Shown here: positions 17,949 through 27,607 of the stretch, in pieces | Layout: every line of letters starts with the position of its first letter | How positions within the stretch are numbered: position 1 is the stretch's first letter | The notes under the pieces: generated by a model | Databases searched by the model: none | The model's input: only the letters and a program-made list of their open reading frames with translations | Told to the model about the DNA's origin: nothing | Made by a program: the position numbers and the translations under genes | NCBI GenBank assembly: GCA_963734545.1 | Contig: CAVTHO010000005.1 | Span: 134,886-198,885, forward strand | Direction of reading: 5' to 3' | DNA from: an uncultured Spirochaetota bacterium | GTDB taxonomy: Bacteria; Spirochaetota; Spirochaetia; SZUA-6; Fen-1364 | DNA length: 64,000 nucleotides

Positions 17949-18838
17949 AATTCAGCGTCACCCGGCTCGCGTTCCCCGCGCGCATGGTCGTGTTTGCAGG
18001 ATTCGCGGCGGGCGGGCTTGCCCTGCAGGTCCTGTTTCCCGGCGGGTTCGGCTTTCTCCCCGGTGTGCTGCTCATGGTGCCCGGGCTGGTCTTCATGGGC
18101 GCCAGGAATTTCAGGAACAAGCCGATGGATGTCGGCCAGGAAGATTGGCAGCCCGCTTCCGTGCGCGAGTTCGACCGGATCAAGAGCAACCTGCAGCTCA
18201 CTCGGGAGAAGCGCTACTCGGTGATCTACCGCACCGGGTTCGGGTGGTTCATCGCCGTGGTGCTCGCCGCGGCCGCGCTCGTCTTGGGGACGAGCGGCTT
18301 CCGTCTCGGCACCCTGGTGTGCGTGGATGCCCTGGTCCTCCTCATCCCCTTCCTGTTCACCGGCAACGTCTCGCTGTGGACCCCGCAGGAGCTCGCATTC
18401 CGCATGCGCGTATTCGAGCCCATCCTTTCAGCGGAACCCGCGGAGGGCGGCGAGATCATCATCACTCCTTACCTGAAGCTGGACAAGAACAGCACGGGAC
18501 AGCAGATCCCTGAAGACATTCGTCTGATGGTGGAGCCGCGCCGGAAGCCCGCCGACTTCCTCGGTGTGCAGCTCCAGGTTGCAGTGAACAAGGGCCCGAA
18601 CGGCAATGTGCCCTACATGTACGCCGTCTTCCTCTGCAAGGGAAAGGGCACGACCTACCAGGCGCTCGCCGCCGCGCGCTTCGGCGACTATGTGCACGAG
18701 CCGGGAGGAGACAAGGAGTACGGGTACATCGTCGTGCGTCAGGAGACCTCGGGCACCGGCTATGCCACCACGGACGCGGACGTGCGCGACCTGTACGACC
18801 TGGTGAAGAGGACGCTCCTCTCCCTGCCAAAGGCCTGA
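17939..18838 (+). CDS. Hypothetical membrane protein (about 4 TM helices plus C-terminal soluble domain), translationally coupled to the radical SAM gene
   Basis: ATG 17939 or 17945 inside track ORF 17825..18838. Overlaps the radical SAM stop as ATGGAAATGA. TM segments MVVFAGFAAGGLALQVLF, LPGVLLMVPGLVFMG, WFIAVVLAAAALVLG, LVCVDALVLLIPFLF. Confidence 0.65.
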   Translation: MEMKFSVTRLAFPARMVVFAGFAAGGLALQVLFPGGFGFLPGVLLMVPGLVFMGARNFRNKPMDVGQEDWQPASVREFDRIKSNLQLTREKRYSVIYRTGFGWFIAVVLAAAALVLGTSGFRLGTLVCVDALVLLIPFLFTGNVSLWTPQELAFRMRVFEPILSAEPAEGGEIIITPYLKLDKNSTGQQIPEDIRLMVEPRRKPADFLGVQLQVAVNKGPNGNVPYMYAVFLCKGKGTTYQALAAARFGDYVHEPGGDKEYGYIVVRQETSGTGYATTDADVRDLYDLVKRTLLSLPKA

Positions 18839-18851
18839 GGGCACAGACCTC

Positions 18852-19664
18852 TCACAGCCCGATAAGAGCTGCAGCCACGTAAGGGGCAATCCCCAGAATC
18901 GCCGCAAAGGCCTTGCGGCTGGGCTGGCTGGCCCGCGAATCCCACTCGAACAGGAGAGCGGCCAGCGCGAAGCTGAGCAGGGCGCCTGCGGCCAGAACGC
19001 AGATCGAGAGCACGGGAATCGGCTGGGCGGCGCCTCCCGTTCCGAGCGCGGCAAACACCTTCATGCCATGGGTGGCGGGCAGAAGGAGCGAGATCCGCTG
19101 CAGACCCGAGGGCAGCAGGGAGGACGGCACCATGAGGCCGCCGAGAATGATCGAGGGAATGTAGACGAACTGACCGACCAGAATCGACACGGTCGTGTTC
19201 CCGGCGGCCACGCCGACAAGCACACCGATGCCCGCATATGCCGCGTAGGAAAGGACCGCCGCCGCAATGAAGCCGGGGAGGGACGTCGGGAGGACCCCGC
19301 CAAAGAAGCGCGCGCCGGCAAGCGTGATGATGAGGGTGATCACTGCCATGTGGACCGCCGTTCCCATCACGGGGATGGCGAGAATCGACGCGGACGGCAC
19401 TCCGTTGATCCGGTAGCTCCTGAACACGCCTGCCTCCCGCGCGGTCACCAGCAGGCTGGGCAGGCTCAGGAGCGCCGCGCACATGAAGGCAAAGAGCACC
19501 ATGGCGGGTATCATCGTCTGCGTGAAGCCGGGGTTGACGGATGCCATCAACCCGCCGACCAGGACGAAGAACACCAGCGGGAAAAGGTAGAACATCAGCA
19601 GCTTGGACCTGTCCCTGACGCCGGTCTTGAAATCGTACGCGAAGTGATGGAGGAATGCCTTCAT
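18852..19664 (-). CDS. ABC-2 type transporter permease
   Basis: ATG 19664 (MKAFLHHFAYDFKTGVRDRSKLLMFYLFPLVFF...) inside track ORF 18852..19778. Six hydrophobic segments. Its ATG overlaps the ATPase stop as ATGA. Confidence 0.75.
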   Translation of the reverse strand: MKAFLHHFAYDFKTGVRDRSKLLMFYLFPLVFFVLVGGLMASVNPGFTQTMIPAMVLFAFMCAALLSLPSLLVTAREAGVFRSYRINGVPSASILAIPVMGTAVHMAVITLIITLAGARFFGGVLPTSLPGFIAAAVLSYAAYAGIGVLVGVAAGNTTVSILVGQFVYIPSIILGGLMVPSSLLPSGLQRISLLLPATHGMKVFAALGTGGAAQPIPVLSICVLAAGALLSFALAALLFEWDSRASQPSRKAFAAILGIAPYVAAALIGL

Positions 19665-20590
19665 CGCGCTGCTCCTTTCGTGCCCTGTGCCGAGGTGAGC
19701 TCGAGGAACCGTTCTTCCAGGTCGGTCGTTCCACGCGCAGGTCGACCAGGGGGTCGCCCGCCTGTTCGAGCCATGCAATGATTGCGCTCACCGCCTTTCC
19801 CGGCTTCTCGGAAGCGTACAGCGTGTATTCGTCGGTCTGACCCTTGTAGACGGCATCAGGAAAGTCGACGCGCCCCGACTGGAGACTGCGGCCCTCGGTG
19901 GAAACCGAAATACGGGTCATGCGGTTCCCCGCCGCCGTGAGCTGCCGGGGGCTGCCCATGGCCGCGATGTCACCCCGCAGCAGGATGGCGGCGCGGTCGG
20001 CGAGCTTTTCGGCCTCCGCCATGTCGTGCGTGGCGAGGATCACCGTGGTGCCCCTGGGCGCGAAGCTCGCCGATGAGGACGTGCAGGTCCGCGCGGGACT
20101 GCACGTCCAGGCCCGCCGTGGGCTCATCGAGAAAGAGCACCGCGGGATCGTGGGCAATCGCGATGGCCAGGGCGAGCCGTCGCTGCTGCCCGACGGAAAG
20201 CTTCACGTATTGGGCGCGCCGCTTTTCCGAGAGACCGAGCCTCTCGACCAGGTCCTGCCTGACGGGCACGCCGTGATAGCTCGAAAAGAAGCTCATCGCT
20301 TCGTCGACGGTCATCGCCGCGGGGAGCGCGGAGGTCTGCAGCTGCACGCCGATGATGTTGCGGAGCTTGCGCGGCTGCCTGTGCGGATCGATCCCCGCGA
20401 TCGAGAGGCTGCCGCCGTCCGGGTGGCGCAGGCCTTCCAGGCTTTCCAGCGTGCTGGTCTTGCCGGATCCGTTCGGACCCAGAAGGGCGAATATCTCCCC
20501 CTTGTTCACCTCGAAGCTGATCCCCTTGACCGCGATCGTGTCCGCGTAGCGCTTGACGAATCCCCGGACCGTCACCATTGCGTCACGCAC
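19661..20590 (-). CDS. ABC transporter ATP-binding protein (two compensating frame breaks in this assembly)
   Basis: Walker A GPNGSGKT, signature LSVGQQRR, Walker B VLFLDEPTAGLD, then TTVILATHDMAEAEKLADR in the frame of track ORF 18760..20157. It returns to the first frame for ..VERPT|LEERFLELTSAQGTKGAAR, stop at 19661. GTG 20590 has AGGGAG about 8 nt upstream. Confidence 0.8.
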
Positions 20591-21173
20591 TTCTCTCTCC
20601 CTTCTTCTTTCTTTCCTTCCGGAAAAAGGCCCCCCCGGCCTCGCTGAGCAGGCTTCGTATCCTCTCGTCCGGAAGATCCAGCACGCCGCTCGAGATCATC
20701 GAGGCAAGACCGTGCGTGAAGATCCAGCTTTTCAGTATGCGGGCATCCTGCATCGACACGGGGACCTGATCGGAAACGGGGACCACGGTCCTCCCGGACC
20801 TCACTTTCCCCAGCGGATATGCCGCGCGGCGGCGCCGGACCCTGCGCGCGTCCGGCCGCGGTCTCTCCACGTACAGAAAGCGGAAAAGATTCGGCTCGCC
20901 CCGGGCAAAGCTCACGTAGCCCACCGCGATATCCAGGGGCTGTTCATTCGCATAGACGCGCCCCTGGAACTCGCGCATGAGCGCCTCCGCCCTCTTTCTC
21001 ACCGCCGCCTCGATCTCCCGCATGGACGTGAGGCGGGAATAGATGGGCATTGTGGATGATCCCAGCCTCCCTGCGATGCGCCGGGCCGTCACGCTGTTCC
21101 AGCCCTCTTCCCGTGTGAGCGCGAACGCCGCCTCGACGATCATCTCCTGCGTGAAGGAAACCCTCTGCGTCAT
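20583..21173 (-). CDS. TetR/AcrR-family transcriptional regulator
   Basis: ATG 21173 (MTQRVSFTQEMIVEAAFALTREEGWNSVTARRIAGRLGSSTMPIYSRL) carries a typical TetR N-terminal HTH. First gene of the TetR-ABC operon. Confidence 0.85.
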   Translation of the reverse strand: MTQRVSFTQEMIVEAAFALTREEGWNSVTARRIAGRLGSSTMPIYSRLTSMREIEAAVRKRAEALMREFQGRVYANEQPLDIAVGYVSFARGEPNLFRFLYVERPRPDARRVRRRRAAYPLGKVRSGRTVVPVSDQVPVSMQDARILKSWIFTHGLASMISSGVLDLPDERIRSLLSEAGGAFFRKERKKKGERSA

Positions 21174-21188
21174 GCATCCCTTCCCTTG

Positions 21189-21238
21189 TAACAACTGTTA
21201 TTAAAACTAATGTTATCATAACAAAGGTTATATGTCAA
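21189..21238 (-). promoter_or_regulatory. Putative tetR promoter with two operator palindromes
   Basis: On the minus strand: TTGACA (21238-21233), 17-nt spacer, TAACAT (21215-21210). Palindrome TGTTAT-C-ATAACA (21211-21223) overlaps the -10 and spacer. Second palindrome TAACA-AC-TGTTA (21189-21200) lies in the leader. Both share the TGTTA half-site. Confidence 0.5.
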
Positions 21239-21288
21239 GTGAAAAAAACAGGCTGCGGAGGACGGGGCCGCGGCCAGTGTCCCGCTGC

Positions 21289-22092
21289 CTACCGGGAGCT
21301 GTCCGACGTAATGGCGCGCCGCGGCCCGCGCGCCGGGGTGTACAGCTGCCTGCCGAATGCCTGACCCGCAATCGCGCCCGCAACGGTGACGCCTATGGCG
21401 ACGATGCAGCCGACAACGATCTCCTGGAGCCGAGCCTGGCGGATGATCTCCCCGGCAAGCGCCCAGACGACGACTGCGGGGAAAACGAGCTCCCGTTGAT
21501 GGAGCGACATGAACACGGACAGGGCGGCCGTCAGGAAGGAGAAGATCACGGCCCAGCCGATGGGCGATACACCCATGCCCTTGAATCCGGCCCAGGGGAG
21601 CAGCGCCGCCGCGTTTGCGATCGTTGAGACGCAGATCCAGGCGAGATACAGGCTGAACGGCACGAGCACGAACAGGCGCTCTGTCCATCGCGGGGTGGTT
21701 CTCCGGCACTCCTCGCCGCGCTGGAAAAGGTAGATGGCGCTGAGGGCGAAGAGCAGCACGAGGATCGCCACCATGCTGAGAAAATAGGTGCCGAAATGCC
21801 AGGCGAAAAGCCAGCCCGCGTTCGCCAGGCATGTCGCGGCAAACAAACCGTCCGTGGCGCGGATGCGCGGATTGTTCCACTGCGAGGGAAGAAGCTGGTA
21901 CACGGCGAAAGCGAGCAGGGCGAGATAGATCAGGCCCCAGATCGAGAAGGCATACGCGGCAGGCTCGAACAGGACGTGGAAGCTGTCGGCAATCTCACCC
22001 GGTGTGCGGCCGTTCAGGGGAAGCACAACCGAAACGACATTCACCGCCAGAACGCCGGCGAGCAGCACCCAGTTGATGACGCCCCATACCAT
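21289..22092 (-). CDS. Multi-pass membrane protein, TspO/MBR-related (tryptophan-rich sensory protein-like)
   Basis: Track ORF 21289..22251. I prefer ATG 22092 (MVWGVINWVLLAGVLAVNV..) because codon bias is poor upstream of it. The motif LPLNGRTPGEIADSFHVLFEPAAYAFSIWGLIYLALLAFAVYQ resembles this family. Confidence 0.5.
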   Translation of the reverse strand: MVWGVINWVLLAGVLAVNVVSVVLPLNGRTPGEIADSFHVLFEPAAYAFSIWGLIYLALLAFAVYQLLPSQWNNPRIRATDGLFAATCLANAGWLFAWHFGTYFLSMVAILVLLFALSAIYLFQRGEECRRTTPRWTERLFVLVPFSLYLAWICVSTIANAAALLPWAGFKGMGVSPIGWAVIFSFLTAALSVFMSLHQRELVFPAVVVWALAGEIIRQARLQEIVVGCIVAIGVTVAGAIAGQAFGRQLYTPARGPRRAITSDSSR

Positions 22093-22347
22093 CGCCCTGT
22101 AGCTCACTCCTGCCTCCCTGGTACCGACGCCTTGATAGTAGGCTGAACTCTTTTTGACATATTTGACCATATTGAGAGAGTGTAGCACCTTGAGAAGATG
22201 CAATTCAGGGTCAGCCGCCAGTTTTGCGGATGATGGCGTCGTGCCTCGCATTTCTATGCATGCCGTCCAATATTTTCCCCTCGCGCCCCGGAACGGCGGT
22301 ACTTTATATGCATCGAATCGTCACTGCGCTTTCCCAGGAGACCCCCC

Positions 22348-23433
22348 ATGAGCATTTCCGATCTGAATGCGGCCCGGGCCGAGCCCTCTGTGCCGCCCGT
22401 CCCCCGCCTGAAGCCCCGCGCGGAGAAGCCCGCGTGGGTTTCCTCGCTCAAGCAATTCGAAAAACCGGATACGCTGAAGGTCGCTCTGCAGCTCATCGAC
22501 ACGTTCGTCCCCTACGCCGCCCTGTGCGTCCTCATGTACCTGACCATGACATGGGGTGTGCCCTACTGGGCCACGCTCCTGGTCGCCGTGCCGGCAGGCG
22601 CGTTGATGCTGCGGTTGTTCATCTTCTTCCACGATTGCTGCCACGGATCGTATCTCGGCTCCCCGCTCGGCATGCAGATCATCGGCAACATTCTGGGCGT
22701 CATCGTATTCACCCCGTATGCGAACTGGCGCCACTCGCACGGGGTGCATCACACCACGGCGGGCAACCTGGACCGGCGCGGCGTGGGCGACGTCTGGACG
22801 ATGACCGCGGAAGAATACGCGGCCAGCACGCGGTTCAGGCGCCTGCGGTACAGGCTCTTCCGCAACCCGTTCATCATGTTCGGGCTGGGGCCCATCTATA
22901 CGTTCCTCATCATGCATCGCTTTCCTTCCCGGCATTCAAAGCCGAACCAGGTATTGAGCGTGCTCTTGACGGACCTCGCAATCGCGGCCATCGTCGTGGC
23001 GGCCGGCTTCACCATCGGCATCAAGGCCTATCTGATGATCCAGCTGCCCATCCTGCTGTTCGGCGGCGCAGCCGGGGTCTGGTTGTTCTACGTGCAGCAC
23101 CAGTTCGATCCCTCCTACTGGGAACGGACCGAGGATTGGGAATCCATGGAGTCCGCCATGCAGGGATCTTCCTACTACAAGCTTCCCAGGGTGTTTCAGT
23201 GGATCTCCGCCAGCATCGGCCTGCACCACGTCCACCACCTGCGGCCGCGGATTCCCAACTACAACCTGCAGCGCTGCCTGAACCAAATCCCCGAGCTGCA
23301 GCTGCCGAATCCGCTCACGCTGGGGAGCAGCCTGAAATCCGTGCGGCTCAAGCTGTGGGACGAGAAGCGGAAGCTCCTGCTCAGCTTCCGGGAGATGGCT
23401 CTGCAGATGAGGCAGAGCCGGCCAATGGCATAG
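22348..23433 (+). CDS. Membrane fatty-acid desaturase
   Basis: 361-aa ORF with three His boxes: HDCCH, HSHGVHH, HHVHH. Confidence 0.85.
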   Translation: MSISDLNAARAEPSVPPVPRLKPRAEKPAWVSSLKQFEKPDTLKVALQLIDTFVPYAALCVLMYLTMTWGVPYWATLLVAVPAGALMLRLFIFFHDCCHGSYLGSPLGMQIIGNILGVIVFTPYANWRHSHGVHHTTAGNLDRRGVGDVWTMTAEEYAASTRFRRLRYRLFRNPFIMFGLGPIYTFLIMHRFPSRHSKPNQVLSVLLTDLAIAAIVVAAGFTIGIKAYLMIQLPILLFGGAAGVWLFYVQHQFDPSYWERTEDWESMESAMQGSSYYKLPRVFQWISASIGLHHVHHLRPRIPNYNLQRCLNQIPELQLPNPLTLGSSLKSVRLKLWDEKRKLLLSFREMALQMRQSRPMA

Positions 23434-23488
23434 CGCATCGCGGTACCCTGCGGATTCCGGGCGGACGCGTGCCGCCCCGGGCCCGCGC

Positions 23489-23833
23489 CTACTGACCCAA
23501 TGATCCCTGGAGGATATCAGCGATCTGCCTGATCACCTCCTTGGGAATCGAGCCGATGCGCGCCTCCGCCCTTCTGGCCAGCGCCTGGAGGTCTTCGATG
23601 GTCTTGCGCGATTCGTTTACCTGCTCGACGGCGGCCTTTGCCTGGTCCTTGATGGACTGGTAATCGGCGAGCTGCGCCTTCAGTGCCGCGATCTCGGCTG
23701 CCTGCTGGTCCTGGATCGCCTTGGCTTTGAGGTCCACGTACTGGGTCGTGGCGAGAAATCCAAGGAAGCCCGAGGTCGCGCAGCCCGAAAGGGCAACGGT
23801 CGCAAGAATGATGACTGCCAGAAGCTTTTTCAC
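23489..23833 (-). CDS. Small lipoprotein with coiled-coil region
   Basis: MKKLLAVIILATVALSGC lipobox, followed by A/Q/K-rich helical sequence. Confidence 0.7.
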   Translation of the reverse strand: MKKLLAVIILATVALSGCATSGFLGFLATTQYVDLKAKAIQDQQAAEIAALKAQLADYQSIKDQAKAAVEQVNESRKTIEDLQALARRAEARIGSIPKEVIRQIADILQGSLGQ

Positions 23834-23913
23834 GGTGGTCTCCTTCCCCGCAAATCCTACCTGATGACTGCCGGGCCGTCCACCTTTCCTGCCGCGTGAC
23901 AGGCGCGCACGCA

Positions 23914-23934
23914 GTGTTAGTATTCGGTTAATTC
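23914..23934 (+). promoter_or_regulatory. Candidate Pho-box-like element upstream of phoB
   Basis: In GTGTTAGTATTCGGTTAATTC the two GTTA copies are 11 bp apart. It contains the 8-mer TCGGTTAA (23924-23931), which recurs upstream of pstS and in the porin/parE intergenic region. Confidence 0.35.
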
Positions 23935-24008
23935 GATACCGGGAAAGCTCGAAATTCGCATCATGTGTCTTTCAATCGTGTCGATTATGGGGTTACATTG
24001 CCGTTGGC

Positions 24009-24724
24009 ATGAACGAGCTGATCACGATCGTGGAGGATGAGGACGATATCCGCGCCCTGGTCAGCGCAGGATTGAAGAAGGAGCGCTTCCGGGTGCGGGA
24101 GTATGCGGACGGCAAGGGCTTCCTCTCCTCGCTGCGCGCGGAAAAGCCGGACCTCGTTGTCCTGGACGTGATGCTTCCCGACACGGACGGCTTTGCGATC
24201 TGCCGCGGCATGCGCGCCGACAGATCACTGGCGGCAATACCCGGTGATCATGCTCACCGCCCGGGCGGAGGAAGCGGACCGGGTGCTGGGCCTGGAGCTC
24301 GGCGCGGATGACTACGTCGTGAAGCCATTCTCTCCGAAGGAGCTGGCAGCACGGGTCAAGGCTGTCCTTCGCCGCGCGTCCCCGGAGACGGGCACGTCCC
24401 GGATCGAGGTGGCGGACGGCCTTCTCATCGACACGGACACCATGGAAGTCACCCTCCATGGCACGAAAGCTCGAGCTCACGCAGGCTGAGTTCCGCATTC
24501 TCCATCTCCTTGCAGCGCGCATCGGCTGGGTCTTCTCCCGGGAAAAGATACTCGATCACCTCTGGGGGAATGAGAAGAACGTGACCGACCGGTCGGTGGA
24601 CGTGCACGTGAAGCACCTGCGCGACAAGCTCGGTCCAGCGGGAAAGATGATCGTCAACATACGGGGGGTGGGATACAAGCTTGCCGCTCCGGGATCGGGG
24701 CAGCGCGCGGCGGAACGAAAATGA
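24009..24724 (+). CDS. phoB: Phosphate regulon response regulator PhoB-like (two frame breaks in this assembly)
   Basis: Three track ORFs (24009, 24193, 24458) concatenate into one OmpR-family protein. Order of segments: [31 protein letters not shown] | [34 protein letters not shown].. | [15 protein letters not shown]...[11 protein letters not shown]. Breaks at 24240-24244 and about 24460-24468. Sits immediately upstream of phoR-pst. Confidence 0.8.
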
Positions 24725-26473
24725 ACAGACGCATCTTCCTGCGGGTATTTGCCGGATACGTCGTGTTGAGCCTGCTCGCCGTTCTGGTCTTTGCCGTTTA
24801 TTTCCTGCGGGTCGCACGCGGGATCTCCTACGATTCACTGACACGAGGGCTGGAAAGCGCGGCGCGCACGGCATTGGTTTCTGTTCTGCCCCTCATGAGA
24901 CAGGGGCGGAGCGCCGCCCTGGACGCGCTCGCGGCCGCGGTGGGCGCGGAAGGCCGCGTACGGCTCACGGTCATCGATCCACGGGGAATCGTGCTGGCCG
25001 ATTCGCAGCAGGACCCCGGCAGCATGGAGAATCACTCCAATCGACCCGAGGTTGCCGCTGCTTTCAATGGCCAGGTGGGTATGTCTTCGCGCTTCAGCGG
25101 CACGATCCGTCGATGGATGATCTACGTCGCGGTCCCGGCCAAAGACAGGGACGGGCGCCTCGCGGGGGTCGTCCGCGCCTCCACCTACGCAGAGGAGCTT
25201 GAAGCATTGTCACGCCGGGAACGGGGAAGTCTCGTCCTCTTCTCCTGCCTGCTTCTTGGCGCGTGCCTGCTGTCAGCCCTCCTCCTGTCACGCACCATCT
25301 CCTCCCCGCTCAGAGATCTGGCCCAGGTTGTCGGCCGGTTCGCGGCAGGGGATTTCGGGGCCCGGCTTCATCTGCGCCGGCGTGACGAGGTGAAAGCGCT
25401 TGCCGACAGCTTCAACGCCATGGGCGAGCGCGTGCAGTCGCTGTTCGAGGAGAGGGCGCAGCGGATGCAGGAGCTGGACGGCATCTTCTCCTCCGTGCAG
25501 CAGGGAATGCTCGTGCTGGACCGGGATGGAAAGATCGTGCGCCATAACAAGGGATTCGAGAAGCTGGCGGCTGTCCTGCCCGTCGAAGGACGAACCCTCT
25601 GGGAGGTCGTCCGGGCGCCGCGGCTCACCGAGCTCGTCCAGGAAGCGCGTATGACGGGGCAACGCCAATCCGAGGAGGTGGAGATCGGCGACAGGTACGT
25701 CCTCTGCACGGTGGAGCGAATGGGAGAGCGGGAAGAACTGATCGTTGTGCTCAACGATACGACCGACCTGCGGCGCCTGGAGACGGTCAAGCGCGACTTT
25801 GTGGTCAACGCGTCGCACGAGCTGCGCACGCCGCTGACCTCCATCATGGGCTCCCTCGAGATGCTGGAAGGGACGCCTCAAGGGGAATCGGCCCGCTGGG
25901 TGGAGACGATCCGCCGCAATGCGGAACGCATGACAGCGATCGTGCAGGACCTCCTCATGCTTTCGGGCCTGGAGCGGGGGGCGGAGCTCTCCGCGGACAG
26001 GGTGGACCTCGCCCGTCTGATCCGGGACGTGACGGGCATGTTTGCTCATCGCGCCGATGCGCAGAAGATCGCGCTCGTGCTGAGCGTCCCCGCCGAGCTT
26101 CCCCGGATCAAGGCGGACGCGTACCTGCTGGAGCAGGTCCTGGTGAACCTGATCGACAATGCCCTGAAATACACCGAGGAGGGCGAGGTGCGCGTGCTCT
26201 GCGCGGCGGAAGGCGCGGACCAGAATCCGCGGGTCCGCGGCGGGGATCCGCATCGATGTTGTCGATACGGGGATCGGCATTCCCGAAGAAAGCCTCTCCC
26301 GGATATTCGAGCGGTTCTACGTCGTGGACAAATCCCGCTCCCGAAAGCTGGGCGGGACCGGACTGGGGCTGGCCATCGTGAAGCACATCGTGCAGAGCCA
26401 CGGAGGCACGATCGAGGTGGAGAGCACGGTGGGAAAAGGAACTCGCTTCATCGTCCGGCTCCCGCTGAACTAA
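24721..26473 (+). CDS. phoR: Phosphate regulon sensor histidine kinase PhoR-like (one frame break in this assembly)
   Basis: TM, HAMP, PAS and HisKA ([16 protein letters not shown]) lie in the frame of track ORF 24721. The HATPase_c part ([60 protein letters not shown], stop 26471-26473) is in the +1 frame. The break lies somewhere in 26215-26246. Confidence 0.8.
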
Positions 26474-26480
26474 CACAAAA

Positions 26481-26510
26481 CTCACACAACCTTCACATCG
26501 GCTTAACCGA
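26481..26510 (+). promoter_or_regulatory. Candidate Pho-box-like element upstream of pstS
   Basis: In CTCACACAACCTTCACATCGGCTTAACCGA the TCACA copies are 11 bp apart. It ends in TTAACCGA (26503-26510), the reverse complement of the TCGGTTAA seen upstream of phoB. It lies 47-54 nt upstream of the pstS ATG. Confidence 0.35.
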
Positions 26511-26556
26511 GTCCGGCGAACCTGGATACGCACGTCATGCACATAAGGAGGAGACG

Positions 26557-27597
26557 ATGAAACCATCCAGGATCGCAGTTGCAGCCCTGCTGCTCTGCGC
26601 GTCAGCCGCGCTGGGCTTCAGCCAGTCCGTCGAGCTCGTCGGCGCGGGAGCCACCTTTCCCGCCCCCTTCTACACGAAGCTCTTCGACGAGTACAACAAG
26701 CAGTTCGGCGTCAAGGTCAACTACCAGGCCATCGGGTCCGGCGGCGGGCAGGCCCAGCTGAAGAGCAGGACCGTCGACTTCGGCGCCTCCGACGGGACCA
26801 TGAGCGATGCTGACCTCAAGGCAGCCCCGGCGCCCATTCTCCACGTGCCCATGGTCGCGGGCTCGGTCGTCGCGACCTACAACCTTCCCGGAAACCCCGA
26901 GCTGAAGTTCGCCCCGGATGTTCTGGCGGACATCTTCCTCGGCAAGATCACCCGATGGAATGACGCGCGCATCGCCGCGGCGAACGCCGGCGTCAAGCTT
27001 CCCGGCTCGCCGATCACCGTGGTCCACCGCTCAGACGGCAGCGGAACCACATTCGCGTTCACCGATTATCTCTCCAAGGTGTCAGAGGAGTGGAAGACAA
27101 AGGTCGGCATGGGCACCTCGGTCCAGTGGCCGGCGGGCGTGGGCGGAAAAGGCAACGCGGGTGTCGCGGGTCTGGTGAAGCAGCTTCCGGGGAGCATCGG
27201 ATACGTCGAGCTCATCTATGCCCTGCAGAACGCCATGCCCTATGCGTCGATAAGGAACAAGGCAGGCACGTTCATCAAGCCCTCTCTCGCCACCACGAGC
27301 GCGGCATTCAAGGTCGCAATCCCCGACGACACGAGGGTCAGCGTGACGGACACGGCCGCGCCGGACGGCTACCCCATCGCCACCTTCACGTGGATCCTGC
27401 TTTACAAGGAGCAGAGCTACGGTAATCGGCCCCGGGCAAAGGTGGATGCCACTTTGAAGCTTCTATGGTGGATGATCCACGAGGGCCAGAAGTATGCCGA
27501 AGCGCTCCAGTACGCCGCCCTTCCCCCCGCTGCCGTGGCCAAGGCGGAGGCGGTGCTGAAGTCGGTCACCTTCAACGGCTCACCTGTTTTGAAATAG
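26557..27597 (+). CDS. pstS: Phosphate ABC transporter substrate-binding protein PstS
   Basis: ATG 26557 follows AAGGAGGAG. Signal peptide, then GAGATFPAPFY..YQAIGSGGG..FGASD. The track merges it with phoR only because that frame has no stop. Confidence 0.9.
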   Translation: MKPSRIAVAALLLCASAALGFSQSVELVGAGATFPAPFYTKLFDEYNKQFGVKVNYQAIGSGGGQAQLKSRTVDFGASDGTMSDADLKAAPAPILHVPMVAGSVVATYNLPGNPELKFAPDVLADIFLGKITRWNDARIAAANAGVKLPGSPITVVHRSDGSGTTFAFTDYLSKVSEEWKTKVGMGTSVQWPAGVGGKGNAGVAGLVKQLPGSIGYVELIYALQNAMPYASIRNKAGTFIKPSLATTSAAFKVAIPDDTRVSVTDTAAPDGYPIATFTWILLYKEQSYGNRPRAKVDATLKLLWWMIHEGQKYAEALQYAALPPAAVAKAEAVLKSVTFNGSPVLK

Positions 27598-27607
27598 AAA
27601 TCGAGGA

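Noticed and set aside
24721-27597. 958-aa ORF that looks like a PhoR-PstS fusion protein
   Set aside because: This is an artefact. After the frame break near 26215-26246 the wrong frame happens to stay open across the intergenic region into pstS. The true PhoR C-terminus (HATPase_c) ends at 26473 in the +1 frame. pstS has its own RBS, ATG 26557 and signal peptide.
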